A stretch of 63,839 bases of DNA, filler included, from Basidioascus undulatus (GCA_000826855.1; 10 parts of 10 records of this genome joined end to end with filler, not necessarily neighbours in it); one strand, 5' to 3'. Shown: positions 1 through 12,673, counted from the whole stretch's first letter. The notes: a model not told the origin generated them from the letters alone. Made by a program: numbers and translations.

Positions 1-370
1 GATACATTTTCATTCTGACCGCCTGTGCCTGATGAGTGCATCCGAGCTGCAAGGAGCATGCATGCGTCTGTTTAGACGACTTAAAGCGACTGTCAATGTC
101 CACACACCAGAATCAACCTATAACTTTCGCAGTGATGTGCATAAGTCAAAGAAAAGTCACCACTGTAAATGTTTCGAGAGTGCAACCTGCGCAGGGCAAG
201 CGACTGGTGAAGAGCTTCAACACAACGAGCTTGAACGACGTTCAACTGAATGAGGAGATGCGTAAGTGGTATACGATGCGTAGTGCAATGCGAACTCTTC
301 AACATCTAACAAGTCTCTGACCATGCCATCCTCTCAGCGACCCTCAACCATATCCCTCCCGAAAGCCGCG

Positions 371-2512
371 TCAAGTCCACCTCCCCCTCCTCGCGCCCTC
401 TCCCCGCAGCCTCACCGCCCTCCGCAGCTCAAAGAGCATCGTCTCGGCCCATAGCCACCCGCCGGGGAGGAGCGCCGGGTGGAGCTGGTCGCGGAGGTGC
501 GCATGCTGGCCGAGCATCATCGTGCCCCACTCGTTGATGCGCACGCGCTCGGTCGACGCGGGGCGCGAATAGACGTACGGGTCTGGGCGGATCGCGGAGC
601 GGGCGGCTGGAGGAGTTCCACAGTGAAGTGAGCAAGGGAGCCGGGGGGTTTGAAGTGGATGAGGTGAGAAGAGGGGGGAACCGCACCGTGGTCGAGCTGG
701 AAGAGACGGTTCTGGTGGAAGAACGGCCGATGTGCATCAGGAGTTTCTGTTCGTCCCGCCCATGCATTCCTCAGCACGCCTGTCACTTCACCCCGCTGAG
801 CACGCAGAAAACGCACCCCAGTTCCAGCTGTCCGCAGCCACACGCACAGTCAGCGGCAGAGCGCAGGGAGAGGATGAGTGCGGAGCTCGCAGACGCACCC
901 CATGAACCAGTCGATCTTTGCGTTCTGGTCGCTCGGGTAGTGGCTTGTGCGCCAGACGAGCTGGCTGTCCGGGAACGCCTGCTCCGTGGCGTTGAGGACC
1001 TCCCCGACTCTGCGCCTGAACCAGTTGGCTCGGTCCCTGTCACCCGCCCAGCACAACACCGCTCAGTCCAGTCCTTCAGTGCGCGCCCGAAGGAGGGATG
1101 GGCGGGGGGAGGAAGGAGCAAGAACGCACGCGTCGAGGTCGATGATCGTGCTCTGCTCGAGCGTGTAGATGTCGATCTTTGCCCAGCGCGCGAGGTCCCA
1201 CAGCGCGGATGAGACTTCGACCAGGTCTGGGTGTGCGCCGCGCGGGCGCGGGACGCCGGGGACGGCGTGAGACAGGGCGGGGTCGGCGAGGAGGCGGAGC
1301 ATGGGCTGCGCGAGCGTCGAGAGGCGCGACTCGTACAGGCCTGGTTGACAGGTCGGCTTCTTTATCAGCATAGATCCTCACCCGAGAGGATGGATGAGCA
1401 GAGGAGGGTGACGCACCAGGCGGGTTGTACTGGTCTTTATCCTTGAAGAAGTCCTCCTCGTCCATCCCGAAGTGGAAGATCTGCACAATCGTAAAGTCCA
1501 TTCCGGGGATGTAGCAGACGTGCGGGAGGCTCGCGTCGCGGTTGGCGCGCTTGACGTGTCGGGAGTAGGTGGCGGTATTTTGTGGTTGGGGAGGAGTTTC
1601 GGAGGCAGAGGAGGGCGGGGAAGAGGGGACGTTTCGAGCAGCCTGGCGGTGCGCGGTGGTCTCGCATGTCGGCCCGACGCAGAGCGGGTGCGTATCGGTG
1701 ATGAGGACGCTCTCCTCTCCCAGGAGCTGTATGCCACCCCGATCGCACCCATCAGTTCCGCCCCCTTAACCCACCCTGTCAACACCCTAACGCAGCACGC
1801 ACGCACCTCGCAAAAGTACCCGACCGCCTCCCTACCAACCGAGTCCCCCAGAACCAGCACCGTCCGCCCCCTAGCCCACTCGACGTCCTCCCACCCCTCC
1901 CCATCCTTCTCCCCCCGGTTGTGCGCGGCGCGGATGAACGCGCGCATGAGCCGCGGGGGCTGGCACGCCGGGTGGTACGGTACCCAGTAGTTGTCCTCCC
2001 GCACGGACGGGTTCACATGCAGGCGTCCGTAGGTCGAGTATGGGTCGCAGGGCGGGGTGGAGGAAGAGGTGAGGGGGAATGGGAAACTGGGAGAGAGGGA
2101 GGGAGGGCACAGGAGGGCGCAGTCGGTTCGCTGCTCTCTCCGTCTACCGTCTCCTACCCAAAGATAGGCCCAGAAGGAAAGGTAAACTCACCTGTCTCTG
2201 CCCGACCACCCCCATCCTAGCAACCCCAGCAACCCCAGCGCGCCCAAAGCCCACCTCTTCCTCCTCGCCCAAGCCGTCCACTTCCTGTCCGCCATCCCCA
2301 CCCACATCCCAATCAGCCTCTCTCCCTGAGCTCCCGCTTTCCCTCTCCCTCCCCCATCAAACCGAAGGAGCTCACCCCGACCCGAACGGCCCTCCCCCGG
2401 CGGCGCCTTCCCCCCAGGCTTTCCTCCCCCCGCTGCCGCCCGCGCTCATGCTCTGCGCAGCGGGGAGCGGCAGGTAATGTGGTGCGCTTGTCCTGCGGAG
2501 GGGTGAGCTCAT
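371..2512 (-). CDS. Cap64/Cas3-family SGNH-like (PC-esterase-like) protein, multi-exon
   Basis: Spliced product contains 'WARGRTVLVLGDSVGREAVGYFCE', 'PDLVEVSSALWDLARW', 'LVWRTSHYP' and C-terminal 'DQLHPALLPGGWLWAETMLFELR'. The GDS...DxxHP layout matches Cryptococcus Cap64-like proteins. ATG at 2512, TGA at 371-373; internal exon bounds approximate. Confidence 0.7.
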
Positions 2513-4208
2513 CCGGAGAGAGGAAAAGGTGAAATTGATATGGAAGTCACGAAAGAGAGACTGACTGGGAAGCAGCGACGTTTCCAAGAGGGCTGCGCAC
2601 GGATGCCGTAAGGCGCTTTACGTGTGCCCCTGTTCCTTCCTCTGCCAACTATGCGCACGACGCGCGCTGATCAGCGTTCACGTCGTAAGTTTTTTTTTTT
2701 TAGAGGGTCGTTGTTGCCCGGAACACATGCACCTACGACACGATGGCTTTCTCCCAGGAGGCGTGTAAGTCTGAGGCGGGCGCTGAGGCAAGCTGATGGA
2801 CTCAATTGGAGAAATGCCGTGCAGCAACGTCTGTCTTCCAACCGTCGGGCTACGTTGACGAAAATGCTACGCTGGCTGCAGTGGTTTGCCCAATTGCAGC
2901 GCATAATTGCTTTCTTGAGCCTTCCTATCCATGCAGTCCCAGACTGCCAGGCACAGCATGCAAGCACAGAGAGCAACAGAGTCTTACCAACCTCCTTCAA
3001 CTTTTCCTGCATGTCCGCCAGCAAGCTACATCCAGCTGTTGCGCCCCGGGCCCTTCACGTCCGTCTTCTCCCTCGCCCAAACCCCACCGCCCTTTCCCCC
3101 GTCCAGCCCTTCCCTTTTCACCCCTCCGCCTCACACACCATCCAGGCCCTTGGGGAGACTGGCGGCCGCCTGCTGCAACTTCCTGGTGGCGGCTGGAGCG
3201 CGAAGATGGGGTGGACGCTGAGGCGCATGGCTGAGAGAAGCAACAAGCGGCGCGCAGGTGGGTTGCGGCGTAGGTCAGCCTCGGTTGGTTGGCCCCAGTC
3301 GCTGAACAAGCGCGGGTGGGTGGTGGTGCCGGCAGAGCGAAGCGGTTTGCAGACACTCTGTCGCTTTGTATATTTTGGCCCCGCGCTGTCTACCCATGCC
3401 AACTAATTCATAGTGCCTGGAGGCCCTGGACGCAAGTGCCCCTCGCGAGCGCGAGCTAAGCCAAAGCTAAGCACCGTCTACATCACGTCTACATCGTCCC
3501 ATACTCCCTATACAACGCGCCGTGACCGCCTGGCTTTCTCGCGCCCTGCTCGCGCCCTGCTCGCGCCTGGAACAGCCTCTCACACCCGCATAAACGACAC
3601 CCAAATCCAGTTCGAACAGAAGATGTAGATATGTAACTAAAGCGTATTACTAGAACCCCTCCCCGCACTCCTCGCACTCTTCGCACAAAACTAAAGAAAA
3701 AGATAATTTTTACGACCCCGTACTACGCCTTCCCCGGCACACGCCCACACACCTCGCGCGCGCGCCTGGTCGCCGTGCGAGAGAGACCCTTGGGACCCTT
3801 GCCCTCCGTCGCCGCCGCCGCCATCTCCGCGCCGGATCGCACCTCCTCCATAGGCGCCCTGCCCGGCGCTGCTTTGCTCTTTGCTTTTATCACGACCGCC
3901 ACGACGACGACCGACACACCCGGGCCGTCGGTGGTAGCAACACTCTGCTCTGCGATCCATATCCGCCCGCTCCCCTAACCTTAGGTCTGTGTCTCTCTCC
4001 CCTGCGCGCTCTCTCCCTATGTCCCCTGCGGAATGTCAGGGGAAACGTGGCCGCCACTGGGACGGATCAATGGCGTTATCCATTCCAACGGGCGTAGCTG
4101 ACATACATGTCACCCATGCTCCCACTCGCACACACAGATCCCCCAGTCCCCTTCCGTCTCCTCCTCTTCGCAAGCATGTCTGCCGCCCCGTCGTACCCGC
4201 CCTCCCCC

Positions 4209-4308
4209 NNNNNNNNNNNNNNNNNNNNNNNNNNNNNNNNNNNNNNNNNNNNTTAATTAATTAANNNNNNNNNNNNNNNNNNNNNNNNNNNNNNNNNNNN
4301 NNNNNNNN
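4209..4308. other. Artificial contig linker (N44-TTAATTAATTAA-N44)
   Basis: Identical 100-nt spacer with stops in all six frames, repeated nine times in the window. Confidence 0.99.
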
Positions 4309-6089
4309 TCCACCTCGAGAGCAAGGGGATCCCCCCCCGCCGCCGGCGCGAGCCTCACCGTCGCTGTCAAGGCCGGCAGCAGGTTCGAAACCACCCCCGG
4401 CGTCGCTAGCGTCCTGAAGAACTTTGCGTTCCGGGTGAGTGGGCGGTGAAGGGCGGCTTAATGCAGGCAGGGAAAAGGGGGATGGTATTTCGGAAGGCGA
4501 GATCGTTGAAGGGGTCGGGATCGGGTGAAGACGAGGAAGGATGAGGGTGGATGGTGGTTCAGGGTCGTCCAGAGGTGTTGTGGCATTGGAGTTGCAGCTG
4601 GGCTGAGAGCTGGACGTCGGCGATCTCCCTCCTTGTCTAAGGAGACGAGAAGACGTAGGGACTCATGGCAGCCGATGTCGGGCTCGATCTTCTCACCTTG
4701 GCGAACGTCCACAAAGAGGCTCTTGCCCTCGATCAAGCACACGATCGATTTTAAGAAGAGACATGCTGACCTTCTCCCCTCACACCCTCCCAGAACACCG
4801 AGGGCCGCTCCGCTCTGCGCCAGGTCCGCGAGGCTGAGCTTGCTGGCGGTGTCCTCTCTTCTGCCCTCACCCGCGAGCACCTCTACCTGACTGCCGAGTT
4901 CCTCAAGGGCGACGAGTGCGTGTCGTTCCCCGATCTCCTCCCTCGGTCGAGATACTAATACAGATGATGCTATCGCTCAGGGACCTCTTCCTCGAGATCC
5001 TCGCGGACGTCGTGAAGGCGACCAAGTTCACACAGCACGAATTCCACGAGGCGGTCATCCCTCAGCTGTCCGCCGAGGCGCTCGCCGCCGCGGCTGACCC
5101 GCTCGTCTCCGCGCTCGACGCCGCGCACGTCCTTGCCTTCCGCTCGGGGCTCGGCAACAGCCTCTTCGCGTCTGCGGCGTCGCCCGTCTCGCTCGACGAG
5201 ACCAAAGCGTTCGCGGCCAAGGCGTTCTCCAAGTCCAACATCGCCCTCCTCGCGACCGGCCTCGAGGCCTCCGCCATCGAGAAGCTCGCATCGAAGCACT
5301 TCGGCGACCTCCCAGTTGTCGAGGGCCTCAACGCCTCCGCGACCAAGTACTACGGCGGCGAGCACCGCATCACGCCTGCCGCGAGCCACGACGCCCCGGC
5401 GACCCCGACCGCGTTCGTCGGCTTCGGCTCGACCGAGGGTGGCGCCGACCTCGGCGTCCTCGCTGCCCACCTCGGCGGCGTCCCCTCCGTCAAGTGGTCC
5501 GCCGGCCTGGGCCCGCTCTCCGCCATCCAGGGCGCCAGCGTCCGCGCCGTCCACCTCCCCTCCTCGGACGCCGCCCTCTTCGGCATTCTCATCCAGGCCG
5601 CCTCGGAGGAGAAGGTCGCCGAGGACACCCGCGAGGCCGTCAGCGCGCTCAAGGCTGCCGCGCAGGGCGTCAAGGACGAGGACCTCAAGTCCGCCGTCGC
5701 GAAGGCCAAGTTTGCCCAGGCTGGCCGCGCCGACAGCCGCGAGGGCTGGCAACAGATCGTTGCTCCTCAGGTACGACTCTCTTTTTCCGCCACTTGTCCT
5801 TTTCATCACTTCGGCTGACACTTGCACTTTTCCGATGCATCAGGCCTTCTCTGGCAACGTCTCCTCCCTCGACTCCAACCTCTCCGCCTTCGACAAGGTC
5901 TCGACCTCCTCCATCTCCACTGTACGTTCCATCTCCCCCCTTTCTTCCCCTTCCCCCTCTACTCCTGCTCACCCTACCCCGCCCCGCACAACACACCAGG
6001 CCGCCTCCAACCTCCTCAAGTCTAAGCCCACGCTCGTGACGGTTGGGGCCGGCCGCGGCCTCCCCTACGCCGACGAGCTCGGCCTGTAA
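4309..6089 (+). CDS. QCR2: Cytochrome bc1 complex core subunit 2 (M16 peptidase-like), 5'-truncated by contig end
   Basis: Exons encode 'SLTVAVKAGSRFETTPGVASVLKNFAFR', 'NTEGRSALRQVREAELAGGVLSSALTREHLYLTAEFLKGDE', 'AFRSGLGNSLFA' and the C-terminus 'LPYADELGL*'. GT-AG introns start at about 4436, 4916, 5771 and 5922. Confidence 0.93.
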
Positions 6090-6929
6090 TTTCCCTTTCC
6101 CTCCTTTCCTCTCTCCCCCTTTCCCCTCCTTTCCCCCCGCACAAACACACACCGCATACCTTTCTCCCTCCCCCGCCCCAAAAACTCCCCCTTCTCGATC
6201 CCCCGCAAAGATGTAACTAGGACTCCGCCTTGGGATGTTGAAGGAATGACGTGCTAGACGAATGGGGAGCGGAGTGCTTTGGCTTGAGGCTTGCTCGTTT
6301 GGATAACCCGGTGTTGAAGAGGTAGCCGATCAGTGCGTCCGAGAACTTGCGGGCACTGCAGAAGACTGCGCGCAACACGCACACGCGCGGTGCCATTTCA
6401 ATGGTCTCGTCAATCAACAGGCACCAGGCCCCAGCCTGGTGTGGGTGGGGCCTCGTTCCCGCAGACACGCCGTCAACCTGCTTCGCAAATCGCATATCGC
6501 TCAGACGTTACACCAGCGATCGCAAACACTCTTCAGTCTCTACACATCTCTGAAATTAAGACACCTTACCTATAGGATTTGAAAGCCTGTCCTTCGTAGT
6601 TGCAGAGACTGAAGCTTGCGAAGGTTGTTCCGAGTGTGCTGGTTCGAGCGTGCGCACCCCTCGAGCTCTCTAAGCCCATTTCTTGCCTGGCTTGAAGAGT
6701 CTTTTGAAGCACCTGGAACTTGGCCCCCAGCCCCCAGCGTGGACGTGGGCTCTGCGCGCGGAAGGCGGCGCAACTCACAGGCGGCGAACTTCGCGCCAAG
6801 CCAGTAGATAGCAGTGCCACCGGCTGGAATGGTTTGCGCTACATATAAGAAGACAGTACGGGTCAATCTGTCTTGAATGTGTCCGCTGTCTGGACGTATC
6901 GTGTGGACACTCCTCTGCTTGCCGGTCAG

Positions 6930-7378
6930 CGACCGTGGGTGCCGTGATGGCCGCCCGCAGCGCCGCGACCGTCCTTGGGGACGACTGCAACAAGGTCGTG
7001 AAGCTCGGGATGGAGCTCGACTAGTTCGAGGCCGCGCTCAACCAGCTCTGCGGCTGGTGGGGCGGCATGATCACCGTCCTTCGCCAGCTCCAGAACAGCG
7101 TCCCCAAGTTCCGCGCCAAGATGCACAAGATGCGGGTGCGCAAGCTTGAATAGGCGTGGACCACCGCGGGGAACCACTAGGGCTCGTACAAGCTGGAAGT
7201 GAGTCGCCGAGCTTCGTTCTTCAGAACTTCGCGTGTGACCGTCCGCCCGTTCGCTTAACTGACCGGTCGGGGATGGGGACTGCTCTACGGCAGATGGCCA
7301 TGCTCCAGGACAAGTACCCGACGAGCAAGTACCTCTACTCCTCGAAGGCCGCAACGTTCCTCAGCCCGCGCACCGCCT
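6930..7378 (+). pseudogene. Spliced coding-like region interrupted by three in-frame TAG codons (unknown helical protein)
   Basis: From ATG 6947: MAARSAATVLGDDCNKVVKLGMELD*FEAALNQLCGWWGGMITVLRQLQNSVPKFRAKMHKMRVRKLE*AWTTAGNH*GSYKLE. Then intron GTGAGT(7199)..CAG(7293) and exon MAMLQDKYPTSKYLYSS. Strong GC3 codon bias. Confidence 0.6.
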
Positions 7379-8512
7379 GTATGTCGCCGCGAGGCCCGGC
7401 AACGCCATCTCCGCCTCGGACTCGTATTAATTCATTCGCCTCTTCTTTATTCCCCCATCGCTGTCCCCGGCTTTTGTAACATCGAGAGCAACTATGATTC
7501 CCTCTATCGTTCTTTGCGCTTTGTGTGCATTTCGCTGCCTGTGGTTGGCACGTTTCAGTTCTGGCAGTTCTTAGTAAGCGAATTGCTCTCGAAAGAAGAC
7601 CTGAGACGTCCAGAGACCTAAAAACCTTGGGAACCACGTCGTGTGTTCAGCCGTGAGTGAGGAGATGTGCGTCCACCGGTCCGCCGACGCGGACGGTCGC
7701 AGGGATCCAGAGTCGCTGGAGCGCACTGGCGGGTCTGTCGTTCCACAGTCCTTACACTTAGGGATAAGACAGGGTCGAGTTTTCTTTGCTCATCAGGAAA
7801 AGAATCCCTGCGAGGCAAGCCGCGATTCCCGACCTTGGGCCCGTTCTTCCGCGTGCGGGATCACGATTTTGTCCTGCCTCCGAACGGACCTCGGTCTTGG
7901 ACGTGCTGAACATGCACTATTATAAAAATCTGGTGGTCAGAGTATTGGCGGCAATCAAGAAACGCTCAGGCTTTCAGCGCCTGCGTCAGGCTAGCCGCAA
8001 CTCCGGGCGCAGGGAAGGTCTTCATCCCTTCATATGCTGCATCCTACTAGACTCTCCGGTAACGAACAAGGAAAGCCAATACAAGGAAGGAGGTCCAGGT
8101 AGATTCAAAGCATGGGTACAATGCGCCCGGGAGACTCCGGCACTGTGTTCCCGCTTCCACTCTCTTTCAGGTATTTGATGCATCTGTTGTGTGGTTTCCT
8201 TGAAGGAAAGATAGGTTTCCACAAGCGCACATTCAACGCTGCATGGTAAAGGAGAAAGGTCAAGAAGGGCCTCAAGAAGGAGACGAGGAACCCAGTTCAG
8301 AAGAATTAATGAGGCAACTTGAGCAACGCTTTCTACAGCAAACCCAAGTAGGGACCGATAGGCAATTACCGCAATGAATACTGCACCAAAAAAAACATAG
8401 CACAAATTGCAGAACCTAATTATACCCCCCCAAAACCCTTCCTTTGTCAAGGTCGGGAATGAGGAGGATGCGCTGGGGAGGGGTGACGCACGAGGACGAG
8501 GACGAGGACGAG

Positions 8513-8612
8513 NNNNNNNNNNNNNNNNNNNNNNNNNNNNNNNNNNNNNNNNNNNNTTAATTAATTAANNNNNNNNNNNNNNNNNNNNNNNNNNNNNNNN
8601 NNNNNNNNNNNN
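8513..8612. other. Artificial contig linker
   Basis: N44-TTAATTAATTAA-N44. Confidence 0.99.
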
Positions 8613-9326
8613 TCCCCGCCTTGCCCGTGTTCCCCACCTGTCCTGCCTCTCGTCTCCAAGCGTTTCCACGCACTTCTCACGCACCCTCTGCTCCTCTCGC
8701 ACATCCACATTTCAACCCGCCGTTCCGCTCAGCGTCTCCTCGCTCTCGGTCTCCCCGTCCTCCTCCCCGTCGTCCAGACCCTCTCGCTCGTCCAGCCGCC
8801 CGGCAACGCCTGGCCCGGATCCGTCGAAGTGCGGCGCCTCCTCCGTGCCTGCGCTCAGGTCGACGTGCTCGTCTTCTCTCCCGAAGCTTATGTCCCGAGC
8901 TACCACGACGTCCTCCTCGCCTTCAACCCCCGATGGGTCTCGCTCAACCTCCCGGTCCCAGCCCATGCGCTGCAGGACGCCGGCAGGCTCTTGGTTCGGA
9001 AATGGACGAGAACGGAGCATCTGACGCTGCTCAGCAGCTGGACCGAGCTCGTCGAGTTCTTACCGCGCATGCGCGGGCTCAAGACTCTCAGCGTCGTCGG
9101 GTGCGGCTTCAGCGCCGCGCCGAGGTTGCTGAAGGGGATCGTGGATGCTGCAGCGACGGACGCTGCCAGAAGAGGGGTCGGATTAGAGCGATTGGAGATC
9201 AGTAGGGTGCGAGGGGAGGGCGAGCGGTGGTTGCTGGGCTGGTTGGAGGGCGACGAATATGCGCGGGGCAGGGTGCACTGGAGAAGGGCTGGCGAGGATA
9301 GGTGGAGGGCGTTTGAATCGAACTGA
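8613..9326 (+). CDS. Hypothetical protein, 3' part (possible F-box/RNI-like LRR C-terminus)
   Basis: Open GC3-rich frame with LRR-like 'LPRMRGLKTLSVVGC' and 'GLERLEIS', ending TGA 9326. 5' end lost at the contig edge. Confidence 0.55.
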   Translation, partial: SPPCPCSPPVLPLVSKRFHALLTHPLLLSHIHISTRRSAQRLLALGLPVLLPVVQTLSLVQPPGNAWPGSVEVRRLLRACAQVDVLVFSPEAYVPSYHDVLLAFNPRWVSLNLPVPAHALQDAGRLLVRKWTRTEHLTLLSSWTELVEFLPRMRGLKTLSVVGCGFSAAPRLLKGIVDAAATDAARRGVGLERLEISRVRGEGERWLLGWLEGDEYARGRVHWRRAGEDRWRAFESN

Positions 9327-9699
9327 GCCCTCTGACGAGATATCCTCTGTGACTGCTTTTTGGACATCACATGTTTGTGGCAGCTACAAAGCAGACGGAA
9401 AACTTGTCCATAAGGCATGCACAACCTCCGCCTCAGCGGTCGCCCTAATTCCGTAAAGGTGTCCATCGTGTCTCGCGTAACTATTTGTTCTAGCGGGAAC
9501 ACTTGTCCAATATTCATAAATGCTTTCAGCTTAGGATGATGTGAAGGTCACCATTGCTAACACGTTAGCGTCGGCATTTGCACCGGCAGACTCTAAGCCA
9601 GGGCGAGTTGCCCACTTTAACCAAAAGTTCAAACGCCTCGGTATAAGCAAGGTATCAGAATACCTTCTGAGAATATATCGGAAAACGTGCAAAAATACA

Positions 9700-11209
9700 G
9701 ATGGTACGGGCGCGCCACATCCTTGACCTTCTCCCACTCGTGCTCGGCCGCCTCCACAACCTCTCGCGGGAGCGGAGCACCGCGGAGTCCACGGACGTTC
9801 TTCTCAACTTGCTCGAGGTTCCAAAAATTACGGCGTCGCCCTCTATCGCACCCAGGGCGTTGTGCACCAACCAGCGCAGAGCGACCTCCGCGAGCGGAAT
9901 GCCGTGTTGTGCGGCAAAGGCAGAAAGCGTTTGGGCGAACTGCAATGGGGGCGGTGTGACGTAACAGTCAACGAGCCCAATGAGATGTATTAAAGTACAA
10001 AAGTATCCTACAGTCGGAAGATAAACTTACTTTCAAGAGCTCAGGCTTCAGCCACTGTCCGATCGAGATCTGCAAGTAGATGTCCGCCCCGCTGAACCTG
10101 AGCGGCAAAAGGAGGATTTGAGCACTTGGACTGAAGAATGACAAACCGATATCAGCTTTGCCATGAGATTCGGTCCCCTGAGAATGTTCGTAGCGTCGCT
10201 TACCGACTCGAGGGAGGAACAACGAGCTTGTCGCCTGGCTCGTACTTGCCCTTCAACACTCCGCCGCCGAGGGGACTGTGTGGAAACGGGAAGGAGCAAT
10301 CAGGTCCTTCCGCGTCGGCAGGAACAAGAAAGGGGGATGAAAGGCCTCACGTGTATGTATGGAAAGCCATTCCGTGCTTGTGCATGACGGGGAAGAGCTC
10401 GGCCTCTGCAAGTGGCGACATGCCTTTCAGTGCGTTGCCGGATGAGGTCGTAGAAACACTGAGCATGCCATTGTGCCTCGAAGACAAGTTGTACTGCCTT
10501 CGTAGATTGTAGGTTTGATGTACCCCTTGTCCTCGGCGATCTGCACAAAGCGCTCGACCTCGGCGGCAGTGTAGTGAGGCCGAGCTGGATCAAGGCAAGA
10601 CGGATTGATCTTAGTTTTGGGTTCGATCCCGAAGAGCTGCAAGAGAAAAAAACAATGCCGTGCTCACAAAATTGAAGTGCCCTTGCCTGTATGCCTCGTC
10701 CAGAGCCTGAAGGTTCTCCTCAAACGGTGTCTCGCGGTCTACGACGACAATGCAAAGTTAGAAGGCGTTCTTTCGACTCGGTCGTCCTCCTTACCAGGCA
10801 TGTAAAGAAAGAGGATGTTGATCTTATTCCAGCACGGCAAATGTGGCGTTCAGTTTGAGTCCCGGAACAATAGAGCTGACGGCAAACGAGACCGTACGTA
10901 CCGGGACGCCATTCAGGTCCTTCAAGCTGGCCTCGATGCTCTTTTGATCTTGTCGCGCGAGTGCGACCCCGTTGGATGACGATCTTGGTGTTTGAAGAGA
11001 AAGACTGCAGCGCCAACTTCACGGATAACCCGCTCGCTTCCTCCAATCTCGCCAGGCCGGGTAAATGCGCGCGGTGTCGAGCGCGTAGATGCCCTGCCGT
11101 GGGCGCGCAGAGCTAGGACGTGTGCCAGCTGGGTGGTCATCCACACCCAGGAGGACGATCCTTGACCCACACCCGCAGCGCCGAACATGATGTTCTCGCA
11201 AGTAGTCAT
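9700..11209 (-). pseudogene. Aldo-keto reductase (AKR7/aflatoxin aldehyde reductase-like) pseudogene
   Basis: Fragments 'IMFGAAGVG', 'LDTARIYP', 'YTAAEVERFVQIAEDKGYIKPTIYEG', 'SPLGGGVLKGKY', 'AEVALRWLVHN..GDAVIFGTSS', 'EWEKVKDVARPYH' are colinear but lie in shifting frames within exons. Confidence 0.8.
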
Positions 11210-11712
11210 CTCTGGAGTAGAAAGAGGATTGAGAGTGTGAGATGGGCCTTCACAACAAAAGAAGGGCCTGTCGCTGCGGAATCACTCGTAATCTTGACCA
11301 GGCTCTCAGTCATCCAGTATGTTATCAATAATCAGAAGTATAACAGTCAATTTTCACCTGCTATTGGTCATCGGAGGGGAGAGTGGGCATCACGGCTGCT
11401 GCTGCTGACCGAGCATCCCAAGTACCCCTTCCGCAGACCTGTCAGAGACAGAAGCCGACATACGTTTGGAGGCGTTCAGTGGAGAGATCAAGAGGCGCGG
11501 ACTGGGGGAGGTGGCGTGAACGGTGAAGGGACTTAGACCTGCTGGGCTGTATTCGAGGGATAGCGTAGGGTGGGGGAGGCGGGGAAGAGGCCTCGACAGG
11601 ATGTGAAGGAGAGTCTGAGACCATCATGCCTGAATCGCATCCGGCATGCATTTGCTTCAGGAATAGACTGATGCCTGCTTGTCACACAAAATGTTCTGAG
11701 GTTTCTATTCCG

Positions 11713-12235
11713 ATGTTCTTTCAAACCCGAATTGACGAGGGTCTCATGGAGTACCTCTATCATGGAGAAGTCGAAAGATCGGCAGAATACGACGTATACG
11801 GCTTTGAGCGCCCGGCGGCTGCAGTGTGGTGTTTGTCCAACTGAGGTGTTCAATCAAAGAGCCTTCTAGCTCCTCATTATAGGTTGGCGTTGCATCCCGC
11901 ATGATTTCAGCAAGTCGCTCCGCTTCGACGAGTGGACCTCCCCTTCGCCTTGGTCGTATAGAGTGTTACTGCTTCATGTACTGATCCCCTTCTTTATCAT
12001 TACCCACATGACCTCCCTCACTATACATAGGTGTTGTCTCTGTGTGCGTTCTCGAAACCGACGACGGACAGAAGACAAGGTGGTGTGCGAATGGGAAGCT
12101 GCTTGTGCAGGCAGAATCGCTGTGGCGACCATCTTCTGCCGTCATGCACTTTGAATACAACCACAGCAATAGCAAGTAGCACACAGACTTTCTTCCGAAA
12201 GCAACACGTTTGGATTTGGGAGTGCGCCCCCCTCG
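11713..12235 (+). pseudogene. Possible degenerate multi-exon gene fragment (beta-sandwich-like)
   Basis: Exon-like pieces 'MFFQTRIDEGLMEYLYHGEVERSAEYD', 'WRCIPHDFSKSLRFDEWTSLRL', 'ETDDGQKTRWCANGKLLVQAESLWR..NSK*' with plausible splice sites. No family recognised. Confidence 0.25.
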
Positions 12236-12673
12236 CTCGCGAGCTCAGGGCATCTGCCGCGCTATAGCAAAAACAAAGGGGACTACTGCAACTAAACTAC
12301 TTTGTGGTTGGTTTGTTTAAAAGCACAATTGCGGGGTGGGAGATGTTTGGTTGATTGTATAGGTGGAAATGAGAAAACAAAAAGGGAAGAAGCTGGAAGG
12401 AGGGGGGGGCGTGCTAGCTAGACCGAATACCGAATGCCGAAACCGTTACCGGAGGAAATGAAACAAACAAGGTCGGGATAGGGAGAACGAAGCCAAATGG
12501 GGAAGGGCGCCGCGGTTTAAAGAGAAGGCGGGGGACGAACGAAGGCTTGCGGAAGGGAGGAGGGGGAGGTTTGGCGGATAGAGGACAGGGTTCGTAACGT
12601 GACGAGGGGAAACATGCCTTTTCGTGTCGTGACAGAGAAAAGAAAGCGCGAGAAGGAAGTTGGGTAAACGGCC

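Noticed and set aside
2624..3406. 260-aa ORF upstream of the Cap64-like gene
   Set aside because: GTG start, no codon bias or recognisable domain; probably intergenic or decayed sequence.
8022..8450. 142-aa hydrophobic ORF in an AT-richer patch
   Set aside because: TTG start, atypical composition and no motifs; possibly a repeat relic but unsupported.
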